From the NCBI GenBank assembly GCA_951804945.1, contig OX638161.1:3782001-3846000 (forward strand): 64,000 nucleotides of DNA, read 5' to 3'. The stretch is from Podarcis cretensis. Its lineage: Eukaryota. This document shows, piece after piece, positions 14,032 through 26,639 of the stretch. How positions within the stretch are numbered: position 1 is the stretch's first letter; each line of letters opens with the position of its first letter. The position numbers and the translations under genes were made by a program. The notes under the pieces were generated by a model, which saw only the letters and a list, made by a program, of their open reading frames with translations, had not been told where the DNA came from and searched no databases.

Positions 14032-14622
14032 TATCCTGGGGAAAAGTCTGATGCTGCAGGGTTCTGTCCTGGGCCTGTTGTTGTTCAACATCTTCATAAA
14101 TGACTTGGATGAAGGAATTGAGGAGATGTTCATCAAATTTGCAGATGACACAAAACTGGAAGGGGTAGCTAATGTCGCAGAAGACAGAATCAGAATTCAA
14201 AATGACCTTAACAGATTGGAGAACTGGGCCCAAGCTAACAAAATGAATTTCAATAGGGACAAATGTAAGGTTTAGTGCTTAGGCAAATATAAGATGGGGG
14301 ATACCTGGCTTGCTAGTAGTATATGTGAAAAGGATCTTGGGGTCTTGGTGGACCACAAGCTTGACAGTGTGGTGCTCTTCTAGGCTGCATCAACAGAAGT
14401 CCAGTGTCCAGATCAAGGGAAGTAAGAGTACCACTCTATTCTGCCTTGGTCACACCACACCTGGAATACGGTGTCCAGTTCTGGGAGCCACAGTTTCAGA
14501 AGGATGTTGACAAGATGTAATGTGTGCAGAGATGGGCCATCAAGATGATCAAGGGTTATGAGGAACGGGATTTTCACAGAGGAGTTTCACAGTGGACCGT
14601 ATTAGGACTCCAGAGTGTGGTA

Positions 14623-14863
14623 CAGTGGTACCTCGCATTACAAACGCCTCAGGTTACAAATGCTTCAGGTTACAAACTCCGCTAACCTAGAAGAGTTACC
14701 TTGAGTTGAGAACTTTGCCCCAGGATGAGAACGGAATTCGTGTGCCAACGGTGCAGTGGCAGCAAGAGGCCCCATTAGCGAAAGCACGCCTCTAGTTAAG
14801 AACAGTTTTAGGTTAAAAACAGACCTCCGGAACAAATTAAGTTCATAACTAGAGGTACTACTG
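14623..14863. mobile_element. Tc1/mariner (Tigger-like) MITE
   Basis: TIRs CAGTGGTACCTC / GAGGTACTACTG, flanked by TA. Confidence 0.85.
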
Positions 14864-15607
14864 TACTCCTTTCTGAACACAAAATACCAGCTGAACATAT
14901 AAATGTGCTGCTGGATTTAATAGTTCCCATTGTACTCCATTTAGAAAATATTTCTTTAGAAAGTATTTCTAAAGGTCTCTAATTGAGAATATTCTTGTAC
15001 ATCCATTTTTCCATATTACTCTCATGAAGTAATTTATTAACTTTACTCTGATGCCTTCTTCATTGTCTTGCAGGCAAGGGCAAGGAACCTCTTGTAAAGA
15101 CCATAACAGGAAGAGCTGCAAGTTAAACAGTCACCATTACTTAGAATTCACCTGACGGAAAGCACCTACAGCATTTTTCTTCTTTTGTTGTTGGGGGTGG
15201 AAAGAAGGTGGCAGCCAGGTATCTGCAAAAGTGTGTACTTAGCACTTACCAATGTACACATTTAAGAACTGAAGAAGATTAGCTTGACAAAGTACACTAA
15301 AGGAAGTGCACAGAGATTAAGGGGTCAAAGCACTTGGTTTTAGGACAGCTAATGCAACTACTTGTGAGTAAGCGATTTGGGAGAGCTATCAGCTTGTGTT
15401 TTGCTTCCACAGTGAACAGGTGAGAGGGAAGAACCCAGCAGAACTGACCAGAGCTGGATTTCTAGCAGTTAATTCTCCAGCTATCTGGTTACGGGAAAGA
15501 GAAAGCCACAGAGATTATGGACTGTAGGTCTGGTGAATCATGAAAGTGTCCTTAAATATGGAACATCAGAAGCTGCCCAGACAGCAGCTCACTAACACTT
15601 TGCTCTT

Positions 15608-16573
15608 AGAATCATAGAATCATAGAGTTGGAAGAGACCACAAGGGCCATCGAGTCCAACCCCCTGCCAAGCAGGAAACACCATCAGAGCACTCCTGACA
15701 TATGGTTGTCAAGCCTCTGCTTAAAGACCTCCAAAGAAGGAGACTCCACCACACTCCTTGGCAGCAAATTCCACTGTTGAACAGCTCTTACTGTCAGGAA
15801 GTTCTTCCTAATGTTTAGGTGGAATCTTTTTTCGTGTAGTTTGGATCCATTGCTCTGTGTCTGCTTCTCTGGAGCAGCAGAAAACAACCTTTCTCCCTCC
15901 TCTATGTGACATCCTTTTATATATTTGAACATGGCTATCATATCACCCCTTAACCTCCTCTTCTCCAGGCTAAACATGCCCAGCTCCCTTAGCCGTTCCT
16001 CATAAGGCATCGTTTCCAGGCCTTTGACCATTTTGGTTGCCCTCCTCTGGACACGTTCCAGTTTGTCAGTGTCCTTCTTGAACTGTGGTGCCCAGAACTG
16101 GACACAGTACTCCAGGTGAGGTCTGACCAGAGCAGAATACAGTGGCACTATTACTTCCCTTGATCTAGATGCTATGCTCCTATTGATGCAGCCCAGAATT
16201 GCATTGGCTTTTTTAGCTGCCGTGTCACACTGTTGGCTCATGTCAAGTTTGTGGTCAACCAAGACTCCTAGATCCTTTTCACATGTACTGCTCTCAAGCC
16301 AGGTGCCCCCATCTTGTATTTGTGCCTCTCATTTTTTTTGCCCAAGTGCAATACTTTACATTTCTCCCTGTTAAAATTCATCTGGTTTGTTTTGGCCCAG
16401 TTCTCTAATCTGTCAAGGTCGTTTTGAAGTGTGATCCTGTCCTCTGGGGTGTTAGCCACCCCTCCCAGTTTGGTGTCATCTGCATATTTGATCAGGATGC
16501 CCTTGAGTCCATCATCCAAGTCGTTGATAAAGATGTTGAATAAGACCGGGCCCAAGACAGAACCCTGTGGCAC
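15608..16573 (-). mobile_element. Young CR1 LINE 3' fragment
   Basis: VPQGSVLGP...YADD...LDNHMSGVL plus ATTCTATG tail. Nearly identical to the 22007 and 38869 copies. Possible TSD CTCTT. Confidence 0.95.
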
Positions 16574-16727
16574 CTCTTCTAACCCCGTAGGCAGGGTCTC
16601 AGTGGCAGAGAAGGTGTGTGTCTCTTTCATGCCACCTACTGCCTAATGGTGAACCTAAGATCTTCAGTGTGCAAACCAAGTTTGTGGCCTATCACTGAGC
16701 CTTAAAAATGCCATTTACCATATATAC

Positions 16728-16913
16728 CACGGGTTGTCAACCTGGTCCCTACGGCCCACTAGTGGGCGTTTCAGGATTCTAGGTGGGCGGTAGGGGGTTC
16801 CACAACACAAGCTGAATCCTCCTTCCACCGAGCACTGGTGGGCAGTAGGGAAATTTTACCATCAAGAAAGATGCATTAGTGGGTGGTAGGTATGAAAAGG
16901 TTGACTACCCCTG
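16728..16913. mobile_element. hAT MITE
   Basis: TIRs CACGGGTTGTCAACCT / AGGTTGACTACCCCTG; TSD ATATATAC/ATATACAC. Confidence 0.8.
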
Positions 16914-19900
16914 ATATACACGATGTTTTCGGTCTGAGCCATGAATAATAAAAGAAATCAAATTAAATTAAAACTCTTCTTTCTATCTAAGGTGTTCCTG
17001 TCCTACAAAGTCCCCAATGTACACAGGTAATGCCCAGCAAAAGCTAACCTCTATCCTACTAAAGTTAATAGGACTAAAGTGCTCAACTTTGGGCTGAATA
17101 CATATCTACCCATGTGAACCAAGCAATGACATAACATAGGCAAGCGTAAAAAATTATGGCTTCTTTTCACAAAAATGGGCAGCTGTTTCCTAGAATCAGT
17201 GTGGAGCTATGATGTATCTGGAGGTTTGCCCCTTAGATTCTCTGTCCAGGAGGTCCAGCTCCTGTCTTTCTGGATGCTATTCTATTCCCTAGGGCCTGGG
17301 CAGAAGCCACTGCCACATTTTTCAGAGTTTTGTCCTAGGGAGAGCCCCACCTACAATCATCAAGATTTAAAGCAGCTGATGATGAGGATGAAGATTTATT
17401 TTTGCCACTGTAGAGCTAAAGCTGATACACAAAGTAGACATAATGAAAACTTTAGGTTGCCATGCCAACCCTTTTAGATAACTAAAACTGGGACCTGCAA
17501 CAAAATATATGCACTGCACCATGGAATACCCTGTTCACTTTTACAGCCGGCCAGCTAAGCTCACCTCTGCAATGCTCTGTTCCATTCTTCTTGTTGACTG
17601 GTTTACCAGTTTCCCAATAGTGTACTCAGTGTTCTGTGGTGACTGAGCTCTGTTCTCGTTGGGCTGTTTTTTATGGGGGGGGGATTCCCCTCCTTAATAT
17701 CCCCCCACCTAAAGATTTTTTGTTCCTGTATAAATCTTGGGACTTCTCCAGTCCTGCTAAGCTTCTCTGGTACCTGAATGGTGCTGTTTTGGCTGCATAG
17801 GCAACGGCATTCACACCTGAGAACTGGCAACAGAGGAAATGATAGGTTTCCACTAAGAAAAGCAAAGAATGACACAAATTGTATCCTTTTAAGTGTGGTT
17901 GCTGTGTCCCCTCTGCTCTCAGAACTCTCCTCCCCAAAGCCTCACTATCAAATGCATATTGCATACTTTTTCTGTTGCCTGCTTCTCCAGGCCCAATGAG
18001 ACCGGGGAGGAAAGGAGCTGCAATGGAAGTTTGCAGAGTTGGAAAGTGCAAAGCAGAAGGAGAATAGGCAAGGGAAAGTGCTTGCTCACCACCTCCCAAA
18101 ATTTAATGGTGAACTGCATTCAAAATGAAAAGGTGCCTTATTTTGCAATGCTGATAGGTGCAGAGAAAGCAAGAAGTGGAGAGAAAAAGTACTGGGGGAA
18201 CAGTTCCCATACTTGAAAACACTAAACAGTGGCATTGAAACATGGCTCCTCTGTAACCAGCTTTTGTCTTCATCTAGCCTGGGTAAACTTTTCCTGTTTC
18301 CTTCCAAAACGGAACCTGCATCTATGACATGCTGAAGGAAGCATGTTTCTCTGTAGGTTAGTGAAACTAGGATCTGTATCAAGGGTAAGGGTTAGTTACC
18401 ATATTGATTATCTTTTACTTCTATGCAACTAGTATTTCTCTCACTCACTTTCATGCCTAAAATGGCCAGATTGGCTTATTTCCCATCAGCCTTCATTCCC
18501 ATCTTGCCACGCCCATTTGATGAATTTTTTGGCAGGAAAATCTGAGCGACTTTCTTACTCTGCTCCCCCCAAAAATTATTCGAGCAAGCATGAATCTAAG
18601 AGCCTGTGCTAAGTGATTGAGCTAAGCAGAACATTGTTTTTTGAAGAAAAGACCAAGGAACTGAAAATCATCTATCTTGGCTCTGAAATGCTCAGAAGGA
18701 ATAATCCTGACTCAGAAAAAGAAAAGAAACAAGAAGGGAAGCTATAGCTTTTCACCTAATTACATTTTAGCTCGGTACAAAACAAATCAGGGTGTGAAAA
18801 CAGGCATTCTTCTGTCCTTGAGAAAACAACAGCTATGAATGATGTAAAATTCATGTATTGTAGACTAGGGGAAAACAAGGGCATTGACCACCTTTTTTTA
18901 AAAAAAAAATCATGCCACCACCCGGAAGTACTGAAAAATTCAGCTGAAAAATACTTCTGGTACTAGGATCAAGTTTCTAGGTGCCCAGGTGACCTAGATC
19001 TTGAGATCAATCCAGTCTGCTTGCCACCAAAACCCACCTCTACACACTGAAAAGTGCTATAGCATTTGGAGATGACAGCCATAAGGATCAGGCAGCCCAC
19101 AACACACCTTGCACTATATTCTTGGTGACCACAGCAGAGGCCATAGCACCTCACAACATTCATCCAAATACCATAGCAAGGAGAGGGAAGAAGTCGCCAC
19201 ATCCCCAGGCTATGTTCAATGTGCATAAAGCCTGTAGTCCTTGTCCAATGGACGAGATAATACCTGCTTACCACAATGATTTTCAAACAATGTTCTCAGG
19301 GATCACTGAGATGGTCAGTAACAAAATACAGGCCCCTGAGGGGGACACTATGACTGAACTGCAGCCTCAGCCCAGTTTTGAACATGCTACAGGGCAGGGG
19401 TCACCAACCTTTTTTGCTTGCACTGACAGTTTGCAGAGCTTACAGCAGGAATGCACAACCTTTTCTCCTTTGAGAGCCCTGGCCCAGTGGGGAGGTGCGG
19501 CCATCGCTGGGAATAGCCAGAGGCAAATGTGGGGGAGATAAGAAGAGCCTGTTGGATCAGGCCAATAACCCATCTACTCCAGCATCCTGTTCTCACAGTG
19601 GCCTGTGGGAAACCTGCAAGCATGATTCGAATCCAAGAACAGCTCTCCCCTTCTGTAGTTTCCAGAAACTGGTATTCCAAGGCATGGAGACAGAACATTG
19701 CCATCATGGCTGGTAGCCTTTGATAGTCCTCTCCTCCATGAATTGGTCTAATCCTTTTTGAAGCCATCCAAGTTGGTGATCATCACTGCCGCCTGTGGGA
19801 GTGAGTTCCACGGTTTATCCACGTTGAATCTCCTAACACTCAGTTTAATTGGATGCTCAGGAGTTCAAGTGTTATGACAGAGAGACAGAACTTTTCTCTA

Positions 19901-20225
19901 TCCAGTTTCTCCACGTCGTGCATAATTTTCCAAACTTCTATCATGTTACCTCTTTCTTGCCTTCTCTCCAAACTAAAAAAATCCCAAACACTGCAACCTT
20001 TCCTCATAAGCGAGTTGTTCCATCCCCCTGACAATTTTGGTTTTCCTTTTCTGAACCTTTCTCAACTCTACAATATCCTTTTTTGAGGTGAGGCAACCAG
20101 AACGGTACACAGTATTCTAAATGCAATCACACCACAAATTTATATAATATTGTTAGGATATGAGAAGTTTTGTTTTCAATTCCTTTCCCAATGATCCCAT
20201 GAAAATTCCCTTTTCATGGCTGCTG

Positions 20226-20550
20226 TGCTGTGGGTTAAACCACAGAGCCTAGGGCTTGCCAGTCAGAAGGTCAACGGTTCGAATCCCCGCGACGGGGTGA
20301 GCTCCTGTTGCTCGGTCCCAGCTCCTGCCAACCTAGCAGTTTGAAAGCACGTCAAAGTGCAAGTAGATAAATAGGGAAGGTAAACGGCGTTTCCATGCGC
20401 TGCTCTGGTTCGCCAGAAGTGGCTTAGTCATGCTGGCCACATGACCCGGAAGCTGTACGCCGGCTCCCTCGGCCAGTAAAGCGAGATGAGCGCTGCAACC
20501 CCAGAGTCGGTCACGACTGGATCTAATGGTCAGGGGTCCCTTTACCTTTA
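20226..20550 (+). mobile_element. Sauria SINE inserted in the old CR1
   Basis: Homologous to the 8322 copy. Confidence 0.9.
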
Positions 20551-20749
20551 CTCACTGTGTCAACAACTTCATTGATCTGTCTACAATGGTCCCAAGGTCT
20601 TGTTCCTGGTCCAGCACTGCCAATTCAAACCCCTTGTGTGCACATATAAAATTTAAGAGTTTTTCGTTCCAACATACATCACTTTACACTAGTTTACATT
20701 GAATTGCATTTGCCATTTTACTGCTCATTCACTCAATTTGTATTTGCTG

Positions 20750-20830
20750 CAAGCCGCCCAAAGTGGCTGGGAAAACCCTGCCAGATTGGGGGGGGGGGGA
20801 GGTATAAACAATAAAATTACTATTTTAGTA
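20750..20830 (+). mobile_element. L2 3' tail
   Basis: AAGCCGCCCAAAGTGGCTGGGAAAACCCTGCCAGAT motif. Confidence 0.7.
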
Positions 20831-20964
20831 GTAGTGGTGGTGGACATTTTGCTATCTCTTTAATAATCCTGAACAATTTAGTATCATCAGCAAACTTGGC
20901 TACCTTACTGCTCACCCTGGCTCTAGATGGTTTATGAACAAGTTAAAAAGCACAGGTCCCAATA

Positions 20965-21179
20965 CAGAGGTACCTCGGGTTAAGTACTTAATTCGTTCCG
21001 GAGGTCCATTCTTAACCTGAAACTGTTCTTAACCGGAAGCACCACTTGAGCTAATGTGGTCTCCTGCTGTCGCTGCACGATTTCTGTTATCATCCTGAAG
21101 CAAAGTTCTTAACCCGAGGTACTATTTCTGGGTTAGAGGAGTCTGTAACCTGAAGCATCTGTAACCCGAGGTACTGCTG
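20965..21179. mobile_element. Tc1/mariner (Tigger-like) MITE, related to the 14623 copy
   Basis: TIRs CAGAGGTACCTCGGGTTA / TAACCCGAGGTACTGCTG, flanked by TA. Confidence 0.85.
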
Positions 21180-22006
21180 TATTTCTCTCCATTTGGAGAA
21201 TCCACTCTAACACTGAATCAGAACAAACAGCCAAACAAACAAACAAACAAACAAATCACCACCTGGAAATGGAGCTTTAAAGCACAAACCTGTACTGTAC
21301 CTAGAAATGCGGCACAAAAGGAAGTTTGGATGAGTGCTAGGTCAATCAGATACCCTCTATCTATGTGCTTGCTGACACTCTCAAAGAATTCTAATAGGTT
21401 TATGAGACAAGAATTTCCCTTACAGAAGCCATGCTGGTTCTGCTTCAGTAAGACTTGTTCTTCTATATGCTTAGTTATTTTATCTTTAAAAATATTTTCT
21501 ACCAATTTTCCAGGGACAGATGTCAAGCTAACTAGCCTGTAATTTCCATGATGCCTCCTGCATCCCTTAAAACAAAGTGTTATATTGGGCAAGCACTGGG
21601 ATTTGCCCCATATCCTCTGCTGTGAAAACAGATCTAAAGAATTCATTCAGCTTCTCCCCAATCTCCTTATCCTACTTTGACTCCCAACTACCTTCCTGGA
21701 CATTTTCCTGCTACTAAGAACTTATTGTTGCTGGTCTTAATGTGTTCTTCAAATTAATTTTTAGTATTACTTACTGTCTGCTTGCACTTTTTTGCTAAAG
21801 TTTGTGTTCCTTTTTGTTATCTTCATTTGGACAAGAGCTCTTTTTTTTGAAGGAAGCCTTCTTGCCTCTAAAAGCTTCTTTGACTCCGCTCATTAACCAC
21901 GCCAGTTTCCTCTTGGCCTTCATGGTACCTTTCCTGCTCTAAGGTATATATTCAAGTTGTGTTTCCAATTTTCTGTCTTTAAACAATTCCCAAGCAATTC
22001 TGAATG

Positions 22007-24398
22007 TGAGAGCATTTGGGTCAAAATTAAGGGAGAGAAGAATAACAGGGACCTCATTGTGGGAGTTTACTATAGATCCCCAAGCCAAACAGAGGACATA
22101 GATGATGCCTTCCTGGAACAGATGGCCAAGCATGCAAAAGGAAGGGAGATAGTAGTAATGGGGGACTTCAATTACCCGGACATTTGTTGGATGTCAAACT
22201 CAGCCAAGAGCATAAGGTCAAACAGATTCCTCACTGGCCTTGCAGACAACTTCATTGTCCAGAAAGTGGGAGAAGCAACAAGAGGAACAGCCATTTTAGA
22301 TCTGGTCCTAACCAATGTTGATGACCTGGTTAGTGGGGTAGAAGTGGAAGGATCATTAGGCGCGAGTGATCATACTCTTCTGAAGTTTACTATACAGCAG
22401 AAAGGAGCAGCCAAGCATACTAGGACTCAATTTCTTGACTTTAAGAAAGCCGACTTCATAAAACTTAGGGAAGTGCTGGGTGAGACCCCATGGACAGTAA
22501 TACTAAAAGGAAAGGGAGTTCACGATGGCTGGGAGTTTGTTAAGAGGGAGATAGTAAAAGCACAACTTCAGGCAATACCAATGAGACGGAAACATGGAAG
22601 GTGCCTAAAGAAGCCAGGGTGGCTATCTAAAGAACTTTTAACTGAGTTAAGATTAAAAAAGGATGTGTACAAAAAATGGAAAAGGGGGGAAACCACCAAA
22701 GAGGAATTCAAACAAATAGCCAGCACGTGTAGACACAAAGTCAGAAAAGCTAAAGCACAGAATGAACTCAGGCTTGCTAGAGAGGTTAAAAGCAACAAAA
22801 AAGGCTTTTATGGGTATGTTCGTAGCAAAAGGAAGAAGAAAGAAACAGTGGGGTCTCTCAGAGGAGAAGATGGTGAAATGCAAACAGGGGACACAGAAAG
22901 GGCTGAACTCCTCAATGCCTTCTTTGCCTCAGTCTTCTCCAATAAAGAAAACAATGCCCGACCTGAAGAATTTGGAGCAAATGATTCAGCAGAGGAAACA
23001 CAGCCCAGAATAACTAAGGAGATAGTACAAGAATACTTGGCTAGTTTAGATGTATTCAAGTCTCCAGGGCCAGATGAACTGCATCCAAGATTATTAAAAG
23101 AACTGGCAGATGTGATCTCAGAACCACTGGCAGTCATCTTTGAGAATTCCTGGAGAACAGGCGAAGTCCCGGCAGACTGGAGGAGGGCAAATGTTGTCCC
23201 TATTTTCAAAAAGGGGAAAAGAGAGGACCCAAATAATTACCGCCCAGTCAGTCTGACATCAATACCAGGGAAGATTCTGGAGCAGATCAGTAAGCAAACA
23301 GTGAGCACCTAGAAAGGAATACTGTGATCACCAATAGTCAGCATGGATTTCTGAAAAATAAGTCATGTCAGACTAACCTGATCTCATTTTTTGACAGAAT
23401 TACAAGCCTGGTAGATGAAGGGAACGCAGTGGATGTAGCCTACCTTGATTTCAGCAAGGCATTTGACAAGGTGCCCCATGATATTCTTGTAAAGGAGCTG
23501 GTAAAATGCGGTCTTGACTATGCTACCACTCAGTGGATTTGTAACTGGCTGACTGACCGAACCCAAAGGGTGCTCATCAATGGTTCCTCTTCATCCTGGA
23601 GAAGAGTGACTAGTGGGGTGCCACAGGGTTCTGTCTTGGGCCCGGTCTTATTCAACATCTTTATCAACGACTTGGATGATGGACTCAAGGGCATCCTGAT
23701 CAAATATGCAGATGACACCAAACTGGGAGGGGTGGCTAACATGTGAAAAGGATCTAGGAGTCTTGGTTGACCACAAACTTGACATGGGCCAACAGTGTGA
23801 CACGGCAGCTAAAATAGCCAATGCAATTCTGGGCTGCATCTAGATCAAGGGAAGTAATAGTGCCACTGTATTCTGCTCTGGTCAGACCTCACCTGGAGTA
23901 CTGTGTCCAGTTCTGGGCACCACAGTTCAAGAAGGACACTGACAAACTGGAACGTGTCCAGAGGAGGGCAACCAAAATGGTCAAAGGCCTGGAAACGATG
24001 CCTTCTGAGGAACGGCTAAGGGAGCTGGGCATGTTTAGCCTGGAGAAGAGGTTAAGGGGTGATATGATAGCCATGTTCAAATATATAAAAGGATGTCACA
24101 TAGAGGAGGGAGAAAGGTTGTTTTCTGCTGCTCCAGAGAAGCGGACATGGAGCAATGGATCCAAACTATAAGAAAGAAGATTCCACCTAAACATTAGGAA
24201 GAACTTCCTGACTGTAAGAGCTGTTCGACAGTGGAATTTGCTGCCAAGGAGTGTGGTGGAGTCTCCTTCTTTGGAGGTCTTTAAGCAGAGGCTTGACAAC
24301 CATATGTCAGGAGTGCTCTGATGGTGTTTCCTGCTTGGCAGGGGGTTGGACTCGATGGCCTTTGTGGTCTCTTCCAACTCTTTGATTCTATGATTCTA
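22007..24398 (+). mobile_element. Young CR1 LINE, 5'-truncated ORF2 (APE endonuclease + RT) with internal deletions
   Basis: Motifs [36 protein letters not shown]. 3' UTR ends in (ATTCTATG)n. Candidate TSD TGAATG at 22001-22006 and 24399-24404. Confidence 0.95.
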
Positions 24399-24636
24399 TG
24401 AATGATTTGACCTTCTTGGCTTCTCAACTGCCTTTTTAACCAAGCCCCTCATTCTGGGGAAGTTTACTCTTTTGAAACCAGTTGTGACTGTGGTGGATTT
24501 CCTTCACAATTGGCTATATACAGGTATACTTTATTTAACAGCACTCTGATCACTGCTCCCACCTGGCTCAACTAAGCTTACATCTCACACCAGGTCCTGG
24601 ATGCCATTTATCTCCATTTTTCTGCTGCTGCTCCTT

Positions 24637-24639
<3 letters not shown>

Positions 24640-24676
<37 letters not shown>
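24640..24676. repeat. (CT)n microsatellite
   Basis: Direct reading. Others: imperfect (GT)n at 11087-11125, (TTCA)n at 30333-30365, (GT)n at 63263-63287. Confidence 0.9.
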
Positions 24677-24682
<6 letters not shown>

Positions 24683-25957
24683 CTCTTTTTCTCAACTCTC
24701 TCTTCCTCTCTGCCCAGTGGCCTGCTGGGCAAGGAACAGATCACTCTTGTCACAGGGCTGAACTGTTTGCTTGCAAAGGGCTTTTGATATTTGGCCATGG
24801 GCCACAGATTGCTAACAGTGTATTTGTTTTCGATGGATTGCTCCTTTTGTTTCAAAACACCTATGTCCAAGGGCATAGGGTTATTCTAGAATAGCTGGGT
24901 TCTTTGAGGGAATGAACTTTTGGTTTTGGATTCCATCACCCTTAAAATATGTGATCTAAAGTTCATAATAACCCATACGGGCAAAATATTAGTACCTATC
25001 TTCTTCTTTTTTAACTTCCAGAGTTCAGTGGATTGTGTGTTTCTGCATAATATGTATAAGAAAGATGAGCAAAATAAAACAAAGTTTGTGTTCCAGCAAC
25101 CATAAACTGGCATAATTGAAAGGATTTGTGTTTACTTTAAGCACCAAGACTTACGCAAATGCTGCTTGTGTTGAAGCACACCTGGATTCCTTATGTAAAT
25201 GCACTGTATACAAAGTGCTGCTGTGAACAGCTGCCACATTATCTATGGGCTGTAATGTGAACCATGTAGAGCTGTGCTGCTCTGGGATCTCATTTCTTAC
25301 TGTAAATAATTAAGACTTGCATCTAGAAAAGCTGAGTTGTGCCCTTGCATGTGCGTGACTAGGAGGAGGTGGGGACAAAGAGGGGAGGATACAACCTAAC
25401 AGGTCTTCTGAATGCATTAAATTAGTCAGATGGAAACTAAATGTGATCACAGGCATCCATTTACAGTAAGGAAATTCAACACAAGCATTGTTTGCATAAG
25501 CCCTAAGACTGGAAGCACTCACTTGGCAAGTCCAGGCTTCTAGAAATTCCAGGCTAATATATTTACTTACTTTATTCTTATTATAGCCAAAGTGCAGATT
25601 TAAAAGATACCTGGTGCAGCAACATAAATCGCAGCCATATTCTTCATTGATAAGATAGCAAACCACGTGAAATCCATACCTGTGCCTTCTCCAATGATGG
25701 AAAAACCCTTGTTTTAATTGGACGTCCACAAAACCCAACACAAAGGAGCATGCCGGGAGCTACACAGTGCACACGAGTCTAATAGTTTGCTGCACAGTAT
25801 GGATTTTGTTAATCAATTACCCATTTTAAATCAGAAGAAGAAGGTTGCAATCCTAGGCACAGGGAACAAATCACATTATAATAATTGGCATTTTCTTGCA
25901 AATAAGCATGAATAGGATTGTCCTGCAAGCATGCTACAGCTTTCACAAGTGTTGGTA

Positions 25958-26321
25958 AAAGGTAAAGGTAAAGGTACCCCTGCCCGTACGGGCCAGTCTT
26001 GACAGACTCTGGGGTTGTGCGCCCATCTCACTTAAGAGGCCAGGGGCCAGCGCTGTCCGGAGACACTTCCGGGTCACGTGGCCAGCGTGACATCGCTGCT
26101 CTGGCGAGCCAGAGCCGCACACGGAAACGCCGTTTACCTTCCCGCTGGTAAGCGGTCCCTATTTATCTACTTGCACCCGGAGGTGCTTTCGAACTGCTAG
26201 GTTGGCAGGCGCTGGGACCGAGCAGCGGGAGCGCACCCCGCCGCAGGGATTCGAACCGCCGACCTTTCGATCGGCAAGTCCTAGGCGCTGAGGCTTTAAC
26301 CCACAGCGCCACCTGCGTCCC
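25958..26321 (-). mobile_element. Sauria SINE (subfamily B, young)
   Basis: 14-bp TSD CACAAGTGTTGGTA at 25944-25957 and 26322-26335; CpG-rich. Confidence 0.93.
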
Positions 26322-26639
26322 CACAAGTGTTGGTAGCGATGGTCAAATATCTTCAATTTTATTTAATTTGTTGAATATATGTAGTCAAATTCAGGGGGGG
26401 GGGGGAACAAATGCCTAAATGTGGACCACTCATTGCCAGAACACTGGAAGTGAAGAGCCAAACTAGGTAGAATATGCATGTATATTTTCTCTTCTTTACC
26501 TCTGTAAGTAAATAAAGATTTAGGGCCAGAATATATATGCATGTATCTTTGCACACCAGCCCTTTTTCCACTCAAAAGCTTTTCTCTAGAGGACTGCAAA
26601 GCAGCAATTGCTGAGCAATTTCAAGTTTAAAAAAGGAGA

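Larger units (their letters stand above)
13270..14570 (+). mobile_element. Old CR1 fragment interrupted by a DNA transposon and an L2 tail
   Basis: Pieces [22 protein letters not shown] and [17 protein letters not shown]...FADDTKL in collinear order. Confidence 0.85.
19745..24510 (-). mobile_element. Old, fragmented CR1 LINE hosting four later insertions
   Basis: Decayed ORF2 pieces: NYRLVSLTSVPGKLVE...QHGFCKGNSCLINLLEFFE, AWELFKDRKLETQLEYIP, FKRVNFPRMRGLVKK. The sequence continues across the young CR1 at 22007-24398. Confidence 0.8.

Noticed and set aside
13826-14275. ORFs with poly-N/I/M/D runs
   Set aside because: They are translations of an (AAT)n(CAT)n microsatellite between L2 and CR1 fragments.
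21957-23312. 451-aa ORF as a domesticated gene
   Set aside because: It is the ORF2 of a young 5'-truncated CR1, with no ATG of its own at the start and disabling deletions downstream.
15608-26321. circRNA driven by inverted repeats
   Set aside because: The inverted CR1 and SINE pairs lie within the same intron and flank no known exon.
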